From an uncultured Gemmatimonadales bacterium (GTDB lineage: Bacteria > Gemmatimonadota > Gemmatimonadetes > Gemmatimonadales > GWC2-71-9): a DNA stretch of 64,000 nt. Positions 38,538 to 47,906 of the stretch are shown here, piece after piece. The notes beneath the pieces were generated by a model. It was not told the DNA's origin. It saw only the letters and a program-made list of their open reading frames with translations, and did no database searches. The position numbers were made by a program, and so were the translations under genes. Each line of letters opens with the position of its first letter. The first letter of the stretch is position 1. The stretch spans positions 2,240,001 through 2,304,000 of the forward strand of contig CAWHFW010000005.1 in the NCBI GenBank assembly GCA_963828735.1, read 5' to 3'.

Positions 38538-39347
38538 ATGGACATCATTCCGGTGCTCGATCTCGCGCAGGGCGTTGCCGTGCGCGCGCAGGCCGGCGAC
38601 CGCTCGCGGTACGAGCCCACCGCCTCCGCGCTCGCCCCGGACGCGGTAGGCGAGCCCGTGCCGATCATGCGCGCCTTCCGGATGCGGCTTGGTGCCAGGT
38701 CGTGCTACATCGCCGACCTGGACGCCATCCAGGGCGGCGCCGTGCAGCGCGGCACCCTGCGGGAGCTGGCGCAGCTCGATACCGGGTTTGCCGGCGCGAT
38801 CATGGTGGACGCGGGCGCGCACACGCCGGAGAGCACGTTCGAGGTGCTGGCAACCGGTGCGAGCCAGGTCGTGATCGGCCTCGAGACCCTTCGGGCGTTC
38901 ACCGACCTTCGGGCCATCGTCCGGACGGTGGGCGAGCACCGCGTCGTGTTCAGTCTCGATCTTCGGCTCGGGAGCCCCATCCTCCACCCGGCGATGCAGG
39001 ATGCGGAGGGCGCGGTGCCCGATGCCCTGAGTCTGGCGGCCCAGGCCGCGGACACCGGCGTGGACGGTCTGCTGGTGCTGGATCTGGCGCGGATCGGAAC
39101 CGGGTGCGGAACGGACCTGGGACTCATCGAGGCGCTGCGGAAGCGATTCCCCGACGCCAGATTGATGGCGGGTGGCGGCGTGCTGGCACGGCGGGACCTC
39201 GACCGTATGCGGGACGCCGGCTGCGACGGGGCCCTTGTGGCGAGCGCGATTCACGCCGGCACCATCACGGCCGCCGACCTGGCGGATCTTGCCGCCGGGC
39301 CGGTCGGGGCTCAGTCGCCGAGCGTTTCGCGGTACGTGGCGGACTGA
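38538..39347 (+). CDS. HisA/HisF-related TIM-barrel protein (H4MPT/methylofuran cluster)
   Basis: IIPVLDL..G.AV.A..GDR..Y, YIADLDAI, GLETL, FSLDL, LDLARIG.G.G, AGGGV. Confidence 0.85.
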   Translation: MDIIPVLDLAQGVAVRAQAGDRSRYEPTASALAPDAVGEPVPIMRAFRMRLGARSCYIADLDAIQGGAVQRGTLRELAQLDTGFAGAIMVDAGAHTPESTFEVLATGASQVVIGLETLRAFTDLRAIVRTVGEHRVVFSLDLRLGSPILHPAMQDAEGAVPDALSLAAQAADTGVDGLLVLDLARIGTGCGTDLGLIEALRKRFPDARLMAGGGVLARRDLDRMRDAGCDGALVASAIHAGTITAADLADLAAGPVGAQSPSVSRYVAD

Positions 39348-39811
39348 CCGTAGTTCTCCTCGACCTCCAGCTCCAGCAGCGTCAGGTGACTGTACCCGCT
39401 CCCGTTGAGCTCGTCCCTGACCCGGCCACCCAGATACTGCGCCAGCATCTCGGCCGTGCTGTTCTGGATGGGGAGCAGGGCGCAGTCGCGCCTCGGGAAG
39501 ACGTAGGCCGGCTGACCGAAGTAGTCTACCCGCAGACGGTCGCCGTCCTCATGGAATGCCAGCTTGGGATTCTGGGTTGGAAGCAGCACCTTGTGGTCGA
39601 TCTCATCCACGAACCGGCGCGCGACCTGCTTCAGCACGCTGAAGTCGAGCACGAAGAACGCTTCGGCATCCACGGAACCTTCCACCGCCACACCGACCCG
39701 GTAGTTGTGACCGTGCAGCGTCTCGCACTGGTGTCCCCGGAAGGTGATGAAGTGCGCCGAGGCGAAGACCAGATAATCCTTGCTGACCTGCACGCGGAAA
39801 TGGCTCTGCAC
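39311..39811 (-). CDS. 6-pyruvoyl-tetrahydropterin synthase family protein (CExxHGH type)
   Basis: FASAHF, CETLHGHNY, DHKVL, NSTAE. Confidence 0.88.
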   Translation of the reverse strand: MQSHFRVQVSKDYLVFASAHFITFRGHQCETLHGHNYRVGVAVEGSVDAEAFFVLDFSVLKQVARRFVDEIDHKVLLPTQNPKLAFHEDGDRLRVDYFGQPAYVFPRRDCALLPIQNSTAEMLAQYLGGRVRDELNGSGYSHLTLLELEVEENYGQSATYRETLGD

Positions 39812-39821
39812 GACGATCTCC

Positions 39822-40670
39822 TCAGCGGTTCCAGCCGTCCTCTAGTATAACGACGAACAGCGCGGCGCACGTGAGGTCTGCCGTCGTCCCCGGATTGCGG
39901 GCATTGGTCGAGCTCCTGAGCTCCGCGTCGAGCGCCTGGAGCGCCCGCCTCCCGTGCTCCGAAGTTACGCCGCCGGCCTGCTCTACCTCGCGCGCGCGGC
40001 GCGACACGGCCTCCGCCGCTTCGCGACCCAGCTTCCGCGCGATGTGCGTATCGGGCAGCGCGGCGAGGATCCGCAGGTACGTCTGGACGGTGGCGTCGTC
40101 CCAGCCGAGTCCGGCGCTGCGGGCCTCGCGCAGGGCGGGCACGGCGACCTCGAACGTCGTGGCGAAGTCGGTGGCGTACTCGCGTGCGACGCTGTCCCGA
40201 TCGGCCGCGATCGCCATGGCATCGCGGAGTTCGACGGTCGGCGGGGCCGCCACGTCCTCGCTGGCCGAGGAGCCCAGCCCACCCGGGCGCGCGCGCCGAA
40301 TCGCGGTGTAGACCTCGGCGGCGTCGGCGACGGTGGTCGAGGCCAGCACGTCGCGCGTCCTGTCCCGCAGCGAACCGGCCGGCCGCAGGGCCGCGCAGGC
40401 CAGGGGCGAGAGCAGCAGAATGATGCCGAGGTTGGTGTTCGAGGCGGTCCACCGGTTCGTCGCGGTGACCGCGGCGAGGATGGTGGCGCCCAGCGGGCGC
40501 TCGCCGGCCGACGCGAGGGCCGGGCCGATCGCCACGGCGCTCGCCAGGAAGTCCTCGTAGCTCGTGTCGTGGAAGTGGCGCCCGGGCGAGACGTTGCCCG
40601 GCTTGGGCGCGCTGACCTCGAGCAGGCACGCGAGCTGACCGGCGGCGGCCACCTCGTCGGGCGTGTTCAC
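39822..40670 (-). CDS. CitG-like triphosphoribosyl-dephospho-CoA synthase family protein
   Basis: LEVSAPKPGNV, NTNLG, DTHIARK.G, NPGTTADL. Confidence 0.88.
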   Translation of the reverse strand: MNTPDEVAAAGQLACLLEVSAPKPGNVSPGRHFHDTSYEDFLASAVAIGPALASAGERPLGATILAAVTATNRWTASNTNLGIILLLSPLACAALRPAGSLRDRTRDVLASTTVADAAEVYTAIRRARPGGLGSSASEDVAAPPTVELRDAMAIAADRDSVAREYATDFATTFEVAVPALREARSAGLGWDDATVQTYLRILAALPDTHIARKLGREAAEAVSRRAREVEQAGGVTSEHGRRALQALDAELRSSTNARNPGTTADLTCAALFVVILEDGWNR

Positions 40671-41536
40671 CCGCGCGGGCCCACGAGCTGGTCGATCACG
40701 GCGCCGGCCACGTCGATCCCGGTGGTGGCCTGCAAGCCCTCCCATCCGGGAATCCCGTTGACCTCGAGCACGTATGCCGAGCCGTCGCGGGCCGGCAGCA
40801 GGTCGACGCCCGCGTATTCGGCGCCCACTGCCGCCGCCGCCCGCACGGCGAGCGCGCTCCATGCCTCGGAGAGCTGGACGGCCCGCGCCGTCCCTCCGCG
40901 GGCGAGGTTGGTGCGCCAGCCGTCCGAATGGCGCTCGATGGCCGCCAGCACGCGTCCCCCCACCACGAACGCGCGGATATCCCGCCCCTCGTGGTCGATG
41001 GCGCGCTGCAGATAGTAGACGCCGCGGATGGTCTCGATCGTCTTGAAGACCCGAAACGCCATTTCCTCGTCGCTCACCCGCACCATTCCGAGTCCCATCG
41101 AGCCGAACAACGGCTTCACGATCACGTCGCCCAGCGCGCGGAAAGCGGCGAACGCCTCCTCGGGCGATTCGCAGACGATGGTCTCTGGTGTCGGCAGCCC
41201 GCACTGCTCGAGCAGCGCCGAGGTCCAGAACTTGTCGACCGTCCGCTCGATGGCACGCGGCGAGTTCATGACCCGCACGCCTCGGTCCTCCAGTCGGTGC
41301 AGCGCGTCCACGCGGAAGATGATCTGCTCGAGCGAGCCCGAGGGAATGATCCGGGCGAGCACGGCGTCCGCGCGGTCGAGATCGGCCGCGCGGCTCCGAA
41401 GGCCGGGCTGATGGCCGATCGTGGCCACCAGCCCCTCGTAGGGAACGACCGACCCGGTGTGCCCGCGCGCCTCGAGCGCGCGGGTCAGCTCCCGGGTGTG
41501 CCAGCCCTCGCGGGCGGCGAGGATGACGAGGTGCAG
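40667..41536 (-). CDS. RimK-family ATP-grasp glutamate ligase (cofactor polyglutamylation)
   Basis: GSLEQIIFRVD, DKF, KPLFGSMG.G, WRTNLARGG, GVDLL, LEVNGIPGW; likely CTG start. Confidence 0.88.
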   Translation of the reverse strand: MHLVILAAREGWHTRELTRALEARGHTGSVVPYEGLVATIGHQPGLRSRAADLDRADAVLARIIPSGSLEQIIFRVDALHRLEDRGVRVMNSPRAIERTVDKFWTSALLEQCGLPTPETIVCESPEEAFAAFRALGDVIVKPLFGSMGLGMVRVSDEEMAFRVFKTIETIRGVYYLQRAIDHEGRDIRAFVVGGRVLAAIERHSDGWRTNLARGGTARAVQLSEAWSALAVRAAAAVGAEYAGVDLLPARDGSAYVLEVNGIPGWEGLQATTGIDVAGAVIDQLVGPRG

Positions 41537-41537
41537 G

Positions 41538-42317
41538 TTACTGCTGCTCGCCGATGAGGGCGGTGAGCCCGCCGGTCGCGAACCTGGGAAGGTCATCGCC
41601 GACCTTCTTGAACGCCGGGGTCGCGGTGCCTTTCTTGAGCTCATCCATCGAGTTGAAGCACAGCTCCGCCTGGCGGTACTCGGCCGGCGCCGAACCGTCG
41701 AGGTTCGACTCGAACCGGGTCAGGTCCGCGCGGGTGAAGCCGATCTCCGGCTGGCCCGTGCCGACGAGCGGCAGATGCGTCTCGGAATAGTAGGACTCGA
41801 AGGCCGCGCTGTCCTTGGGCGCGTTGTAGATCACGGTGACGAGCGCCGGGCACGCCGCCGAACCCTTCTCGCCGGTTTCGACTGCCACCATGCCGAGAAG
41901 GCCACCCGTGGCGAACTTCGAGAGGTCGTCGCCGACCGCCTTGAAGCCCGGGGTCGCCATGCCCTTCTTGAGGTCGTCCATGGAGTTGAAGTACAGCTCC
42001 GCCTGCCGGTAGAAAGTCGGCTTCTTGCCGTCGAGCGTGCTGGTGAACTTGGTCAGCTCCGCCTTGGTGAATCCGATCTCCTGCTGCTTGCTGCCCACGA
42101 GCGGCAGGTGGACCTCCTTGTAGTACTTCTCGAACGCCGCCGGATCCTTGGGCGTCTTGTAGATGACCGTGACGATCGCCTGCGGCCCTGCCGGTGCGGC
42201 GGGCGCGGCCGCCGTCGCGGTGTCCGCGGGCGGCGCTTCGGCCGGCTTGTCGGCGGGCTTGCTGCACGCCGTCGCGAGCGTCAGGGAGGAAACCAGCCAG
42301 ATCGGAAACCGTCGCAT
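41538..42317 (-). CDS. Lipoprotein with two tandem EthD-like domains
   Basis: Lipobox LATAC; duplicated VTVIY..PKD.AAFE.YY.E.HLPLVG...YRQAEL.FNSMD.LKKG.ATP.FK.VGDDL..FATGG. Confidence 0.8.
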   Translation of the reverse strand: MRRFPIWLVSSLTLATACSKPADKPAEAPPADTATAAAPAAPAGPQAIVTVIYKTPKDPAAFEKYYKEVHLPLVGSKQQEIGFTKAELTKFTSTLDGKKPTFYRQAELYFNSMDDLKKGMATPGFKAVGDDLSKFATGGLLGMVAVETGEKGSAACPALVTVIYNAPKDSAAFESYYSETHLPLVGTGQPEIGFTRADLTRFESNLDGSAPAEYRQAELCFNSMDELKKGTATPAFKKVGDDLPRFATGGLTALIGEQQ

Positions 42318-42351
42318 CGCTTGCTCCTGGGGTCGGGGAAAAGGGATTCTG

Positions 42352-43326
42352 TCAGCTCGGGTAACACGACGCGGTCAGCACCTCGGGATTCAGGTGCCCC
42401 GCGTGGAACGTCCGGCCACTCTCGGTACTCGTGAGCCATACTTCCGCGGGACTGAAGAGCAGGGGGTCGATCTTGTAGAAGTCGCCCTCGTACCGCTGGA
42501 AGATCTCGTAGAACGGTGTGCCGTAGTCGCGGGATGCGGACGCCGGGACCTTGGGCGCCAGCTCCGCCAGCTCCGCGTCGCTCGCGCGAACCGTGTAGCG
42601 CGCCTGCCCACCGTACAGGATACAGTCGTTGGTCCGACCGATGGCGCGCAGGTCGTTCTTGGCCACGGGTGCGATCGGCGCGGTGCCTATCGCGCTCACC
42701 ACGCGCCGGACGTCGAATCCCAGCGTCTCCATCTTGTGCAGGCCCGTTTCCAGGATCCGGGCCGAGATCTGCACGCCGCCCGCGAGGCTCGCGGTCGGCG
42801 CGACCACGAAAGTGAGCTGGGAGGGCTGCAGGCGGGCCTTCTCCGCCACCCAGAAGGCCACCGCGTCGGTGGGGAGGGTGCGCCCCTCGAGAACCATCAC
42901 GCCCTGGGCGGCCTCCTCCGCGTAGTCGAGCTTCTCGAACAGCTCGCGCTCGACGCGTGCGTGCGCCCGGAGCGGGCCCGATCCCATGGCGAAGAACTTG
43001 TCCACCGAGATGGCCCACCCCGCGTACTGCGAGGCCATGCACGAGACGGCCGGGTGATCGGTCCACACCGTGAGTCCGGGCCACGCCTCGCCGCCGACCT
43101 GAATCGGGGAGTAGGTCACGTTGCCCAACCCACCCATGCAGATCTCGCCCAGCAGAAGCCCGGCGTCGTAGCCGCCTTCGATCTCCACTCCGGCATCGAT
43201 GACGCGCGCGCCGCTGGGGAGGGTCCGGGATCGCACGCGAAGCGTGGCGGCGTGCTCCTCGAGATGATCTGCGATCTCCGTCGCGAGCTCGTTCATCTGG
43301 AGCCCGGTCGTCGTCACGCTGTCCAT
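42352..43326 (-). CDS. mch: Methenyl-H4MPT cyclohydrolase
   Basis: ICMGGLG, SQYAGW, MGSGP.RA, APTASLAG.VQI.AR..E...HK, GRTND, DFYKIDP.LFSPA. Confidence 0.93.
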   Translation of the reverse strand: MDSVTTTGLQMNELATEIADHLEEHAATLRVRSRTLPSGARVIDAGVEIEGGYDAGLLLGEICMGGLGNVTYSPIQVGGEAWPGLTVWTDHPAVSCMASQYAGWAISVDKFFAMGSGPLRAHARVERELFEKLDYAEEAAQGVMVLEGRTLPTDAVAFWVAEKARLQPSQLTFVVAPTASLAGGVQISARILETGLHKMETLGFDVRRVVSAIGTAPIAPVAKNDLRAIGRTNDCILYGGQARYTVRASDAELAELAPKVPASASRDYGTPFYEIFQRYEGDFYKIDPLLFSPAEVWLTSTESGRTFHAGHLNPEVLTASCYPS

Positions 43327-44075
43327 GCGAGAATCTCTCCCTTGCCGAGTTCGGCGAGGTCGCCACTGTAGCGGCGGTAGAAGCCCGTGAGGTGCCGTCC
43401 CTCGACAGGCAGACTGTAACGCGTCTTGAGCCGTGACAGCATCAGGCGCAGGTGGACCGGTTGATAGGTGCAGGCGTACCGATACGTAGCGGGAACGGTC
43501 AGCTCGCCGAGGGCGACGAGCGAGCCCCGCTTGGACCAGAGTCCGGCCGGGTTCGCCACGGACCCGAACGCGACGATCGTTCCGGCGATCATGCCCACGC
43601 CGGCGTGATCCTCCACCGACCCGCCCGCTACCAGGAGCCCGCGACGCATCAGCGCCCCGGCTTCGCGCCCGAGCGAGCCGTGCACCACGAGCTCCCCGCC
43701 GGTCATGCCTCGCCGAGCCTCCGGCGCAGCGGCTCCCGCCCGAGCGCCGGCGCTGCCGCGCACTTCGATGCTGCCGCCCGACATGCCGATTCCGACCTCG
43801 TCCCCCACATCACTGTCGACCACGACGGTCCCCTCGGTCAGCCCGGCACCGACCCTCGTCGCGCGAGTCCACTCTCCCGTGAGGCGGAGGCTCCCGTTCG
43901 GCTCGCCGGACAGGTCGCACAGGTCGCCGAGGGGGACCAGGCCGCGACCGGCAATGACGACCGGACGCCGCGCCAGCTCCGCCGCGGACCAGCCGGTCCA
44001 CGTCCCATCCAGCACGGCCGAGCAGTCCGCGGGCGCGGCGAATGGCGACCGGAGCCTGGCCTCGAGCCCGCTCAT
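43314..44075 (-). CDS. fhcC: Formyltransferase/hydrolase complex subunit C
   Basis: Gly-rich beta-helix repeats (GIGMSGG, GMTGG, MRRG, MIAGTI), YSGDLAELGKGEIL. Confidence 0.88.
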   Translation of the reverse strand: MSGLEARLRSPFAAPADCSAVLDGTWTGWSAAELARRPVVIAGRGLVPLGDLCDLSGEPNGSLRLTGEWTRATRVGAGLTEGTVVVDSDVGDEVGIGMSGGSIEVRGSAGARAGAAAPEARRGMTGGELVVHGSLGREAGALMRRGLLVAGGSVEDHAGVGMIAGTIVAFGSVANPAGLWSKRGSLVALGELTVPATYRYACTYQPVHLRLMLSRLKTRYSLPVEGRHLTGFYRRYSGDLAELGKGEILAWTA

Positions 44076-44971
44076 GTCGCACCGTCCATGATCTTCCGCA
44101 GATGAAAATGGTGCGGGCCGAGCTTGCCCCCGTAGTTGCCCGCCGAGATGGAGACGATCCCATCGAGACAGGCGGCGCCGATGCCGAGCCGCATGGCGCT
44201 CGCGATCGCGTCCGGATCGGTGCCGTTGATGACGATCTCGAGCACCGAATTCACGGTCTCCGGCAGCGCCGTGGCGGTGATGGCGCGGAGCGTCGGGCAA
44301 AAGGCGTCGTTGGTCGACGCGATCATGCTCTTGATCCGCCGGGAGCCCACCTTGCTGCCGCTCCGGACGACGCCGCCGGGAAACGGGAGAATGACCCCGG
44401 GATGACCGCGCATCGCCTCCACGGCCGCCTCTGCCGCGGCCAGCGCCGCGTCGGCCGAGCGGCCGAGGATGAGGAAGTTGCCCCCGCCGACGCCTTTCAC
44501 CATGCCGAACTTTTCCTGGACGACGAACTCACCCTCCATCACCGGGATCCGCCAGAAGCGCTCGCCGCCGATGACCTTGCTCGACTGAAAGCCGTCGCCG
44601 AAGAATCGGAGCGCGGACCCCACACCGAGCCGGTCGGGCGCATCGGGCAGGCCGTCGAAGCAGGCGGTTGTGGGGCAGGTGAGCACCGTCTGCCCGATCC
44701 GTTCGATGAGGCGTTTTGGGAGGTCGTCCTTGCTCATCGTCATCAACAGCATGCTCATGCCCGGCCGCCCATCGGGCGTCTCGCCCTCGGGCAGTTCCCG
44801 CTCGATTCCCGCTTCCACCTTGCAGCCGATCACGGAGGTCGCGAAGCCGGTCAGCTTGAGCGCGGCCTCGCGGACCCAGCGCGGGCTCCGGCCCGTGATG
44901 ATCACCCGCGCCACCCGCATCGTGAACGCCTCGGCGAAGGTCTCTTCGATGAAGACGCCGCGGATGTTCAT
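44072..44971 (-). CDS. fhcD: Formyl-MFR:H4MPT formyltransferase
   Basis: TFAEAF, GFATSVIGC, TPDGRPG, RIGQTVLT, GVGGGN, PFPGG..RSGSK, AGNYGGKLG. Confidence 0.93.
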   Translation of the reverse strand: MNIRGVFIEETFAEAFTMRVARVIITGRSPRWVREAALKLTGFATSVIGCKVEAGIERELPEGETPDGRPGMSMLLMTMSKDDLPKRLIERIGQTVLTCPTTACFDGLPDAPDRLGVGSALRFFGDGFQSSKVIGGERFWRIPVMEGEFVVQEKFGMVKGVGGGNFLILGRSADAALAAAEAAVEAMRGHPGVILPFPGGVVRSGSKVGSRRIKSMIASTNDAFCPTLRAITATALPETVNSVLEIVINGTDPDAIASAMRLGIGAACLDGIVSISAGNYGGKLGPHHFHLRKIMDGAT

Positions 44972-44978
44972 CGCCGCC

Positions 44979-46632
44979 TCAACCCGTGACCACCGGCTCG
45001 CCGGGCAGGTCGCTCACCGCATAGTTGTCGAACGACACCGTGGCATACCGCTCGAAATGACGCCGGAGGTCGGGCAACACCGCGTCGTCGTACCCGGGAG
45101 CCACGCGCAGGCGGCGGCCGGCGGGGGCCCGTCGCAGGTGACCCTCCTCGACGATCACCAGGCCGTCCTTGATGACGTAGCGCGGCGTCGAGAACATGGC
45201 GGCCAGGTCCGCATTGCGGCTGTAGATCGTCACATCCGCGTCGGCGCCCGGCCCGAGGTGGCCCTTGGCCCGAAGCCCGAGAAGGCGCGCCGGCCCGGCC
45301 CGCGTGATGATCGCGATCTCGTTCAGGGTGTACTCGCGGGCGAGCCCGTCCGCCAGGGCGCTCCCCGCGACGAGCTTGGGGTTCACCCGCTTGAGCTGCT
45401 CATCGCGCACGGCCCGGTCCATCAGGAGCTGGATCAGCGCCGGATACGAGAGGAACGAGCCGCCGTTCGGATGGTCGGTGGAGAGCACCACCCGCCATGG
45501 ATCCGCGCTCAGGAGGAACAGTTCCAGCCCGACCGCCCACTGCAGCGCACTGACCGCCGCCTTGTCCTTGTAGATCAGCGGGACGATCCCGCAGCCCGTC
45601 TCCAGCTCGATGTCGATGTTGGTCCAGCGGCGGCCGCTGCTCTTGTGAAGCAGGTACTCGACGGGCGCGTCCGCGGTGATGGTCGTCGCGGGGCCGAACA
45701 TCACCTGGCCCACGTCGACGCTCACCTCCGGGTGCGTGTTGACGTAGTCCATCACCTCGGACGCGGCGGAGCTCCACGGCTGGCCGCCGCCCCCGCCGTA
45801 GCAATGGAACTGCAGGTGCGTGAAGTGCGCGCGCCGGCCCGCCACGGCTTCCATGCTCGCCAGCGTCGTGGCGGCGTTGCCGGCCACGCCGAGATTGTTG
45901 CAGTGGATGTGGACCGGGTGCGGCAGACGAAGCCCGTTCGCCGCGTCCGTGAGCGTCTCCAGGATCGTCCGGGGTGTCAGGTCACGGCCGCTCACCGAGT
46001 CGTCGATGGTGGCGACGTTCCGCTGTCCCGTCTTCCACGCCTCGATGCCGCCCGGATTCACGATCTTGACCGCGTATCCGCCGGTCGCTCCCAGAAGCCA
46101 CGCCGCGTAGTCGCGCGCACGATCCCGTTCGCCGGCCTCGATCTGGCGCAGGAGGTACTCGTCGTTCCCCATGAGGACGAAGATGCCGCCGTCGACGCAC
46201 GGCGTGTCGTCCAGCTCGCTGTGGCTGTGCCGCGCCGTGAGCGGCGCGACGGCTGCGTCGAATGCCGTGGTGTAGCCCAGGCCGGCGTACCGGTATCCCG
46301 TCGTGAAGGTGCTCGGAACCGTACCCGCCCGTCCCCGAGCGGGCGAGCGGCTGGTCGTCGTCGAGCGTCGGTGCCGGCGCGGGATCGGCGGCGTGCTCGT
46401 CGGGGATGAGCCGGCGGGCGTGGTTGCAGCTGGAGCTGGCGAAGTGGGAATGGATGTCCACTCCGCCAGGCATCACGACCATGCCGCGCGCGTCGAGCGT
46501 CGGCGCACCGGCCGGGAGATCGGCGACGATGCGCCCATTCTCGATGCAGATGTCGCGGACGTCGCCGTCGACGCCGTTTGCCGGGTCGTGAATCGCGCCG
46601 CCGACGATCCGAAGCCGCGTCGGCGCGCTCAT
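44979..46632 (-). CDS. fhcA: Formyltransferase/hydrolase complex subunit A, one frameshift near 46325
   Basis: DPANG, GGVDIHSH, K.VNPGG, HIHCNNLG, HLQF, STDHPNGG; removing one G restores GTGGTVPSTFTTGYRYAGLGYT. Confidence 0.9.
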
Positions 46633-47906
46633 CCGAGCCTCCGCGCGCCACGCGCGCGAAGCGCCGCGAGCAGCGCCGACAGCACGTCCACCGCCGTTCG
46701 GGTCGCGGGGAGCGGCGGGCGCAGCGGCAGCGGAATGTCGTCCATCCGATACGCGGTCCCGCCCTCGTGAATGCCCGGCGACGCCGGTGTCGACGGCGAC
46801 CCGCGCCGGAAGCTTCGCCTCGCTCGCGCGGGGACCGATGATCACCACGGGAACGCGGGTCGCGACGGCAGCGATCTCGTCGACAATGGCCGCCGCCGCG
46901 CCGACCATCAGGATAGCGCCCGCTTCACGCTGCCGCATTCGCGACCCCCCGGGAAGCCGGCGTGTATTGCGGGTAGCCGGGTCGATAGCTGATGGCGATC
47001 GGGTAGCCGGTTTGCGAGGTGAGCACCATCTCCGCGCCCGAACGATTGCCGCCCGCTCGGAGCGAGCTGAGCGCGGCGCGCGTCGGTCCGTTCAGCGCCT
47101 CGGCCAGCGCAACAAGTCCTTCCGCCCGATAGCCGTCTCGGTCCTCGCCGCCAGGCTCGGCATCGTGCACGACGGCGGCGTAGCGCGCCTTCGTAAGGCG
47201 GCCAGCGATGTCGGCGGCCTGCTGCAGCGATGCGGGCAGCTCGCCGAGCGCGTTGCCCAGCGCCACGGCCCGCATCACCGAGAGCGCTGGGATCTCCTGG
47301 TCGGGGCTTAGCGAGAGCTCCACGTCCAGCACCCGTCGGGCCTCGGTCCCGGCCGACGCTCACCGCCATCACGGTGCGCCCGGCCCGTCCCTTCGGCACG
47401 TGCGTACCAGCAGGCTCCGGCGCGTACCGCGACCAGTATCGCGGGTAGCGCTCGCTCGGGTCCACCGCCCAGAAGAGGAGCATGTCCGCCCGATTGCGGA
47501 TCTCGCCGAGGGTAGCGGCCGCACGCCCACGCCGCTGCGCCACCAGAAGGCCCGCCGCCGCCGGCTCCGACGTGGCTGTCTCCACCCGCGCGCGCAGCAG
47601 GTCGGCGAGCGCGAGTGACGCGCGCTGCGCCTGTGCGCTGATCTCCGGAGCCAGGACGACCAGGACATTTCCCGTAGCACCGGCCAGCACGTCGGCGGCG
47701 TCGGCGATCGCGGCATCGAGCGGGACCTCCTGTCCCGAGCGACGCACGGCGGTCGGGACGCTGCCATCGGCGAACCACGTCCTCGCGAGAGGGCACGGCG
47801 GCGAGACGTTGGTGATCGCTGCGCCCGAGACCTCGACGACGAGGTCATCGCAGCCGCATCCGCAGCCCAGGCAGGTCACCGCGGCGATCCGCGTGGTCGG
47901 GCTCAC
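46629..47906 (-). CDS. fhcB: Formyltransferase/hydrolase complex subunit B, three frameshifts (~47327, ~46947, ~46775)
   Basis: CLGCGCGCDDL, TLGEIRNRAD, GNRSGAE....QTGYP, AGIHEGGTAYRMDDIPLPLR recovered across frames. Confidence 0.85.

Noticed and set aside
38538..39347. True hisA of histidine biosynthesis
   Set aside because: YIADLDAI and GDRxxY signature and location match the C1-cluster HisA-like family; no his genes nearby
46320..47330. Programmed ribosomal frameshifting or phase variation in fhcAB
   Set aside because: Runs are short (2-6 G), there are no slippery heptamers, and four same-type events are clustered; sequencing error is more parsimonious
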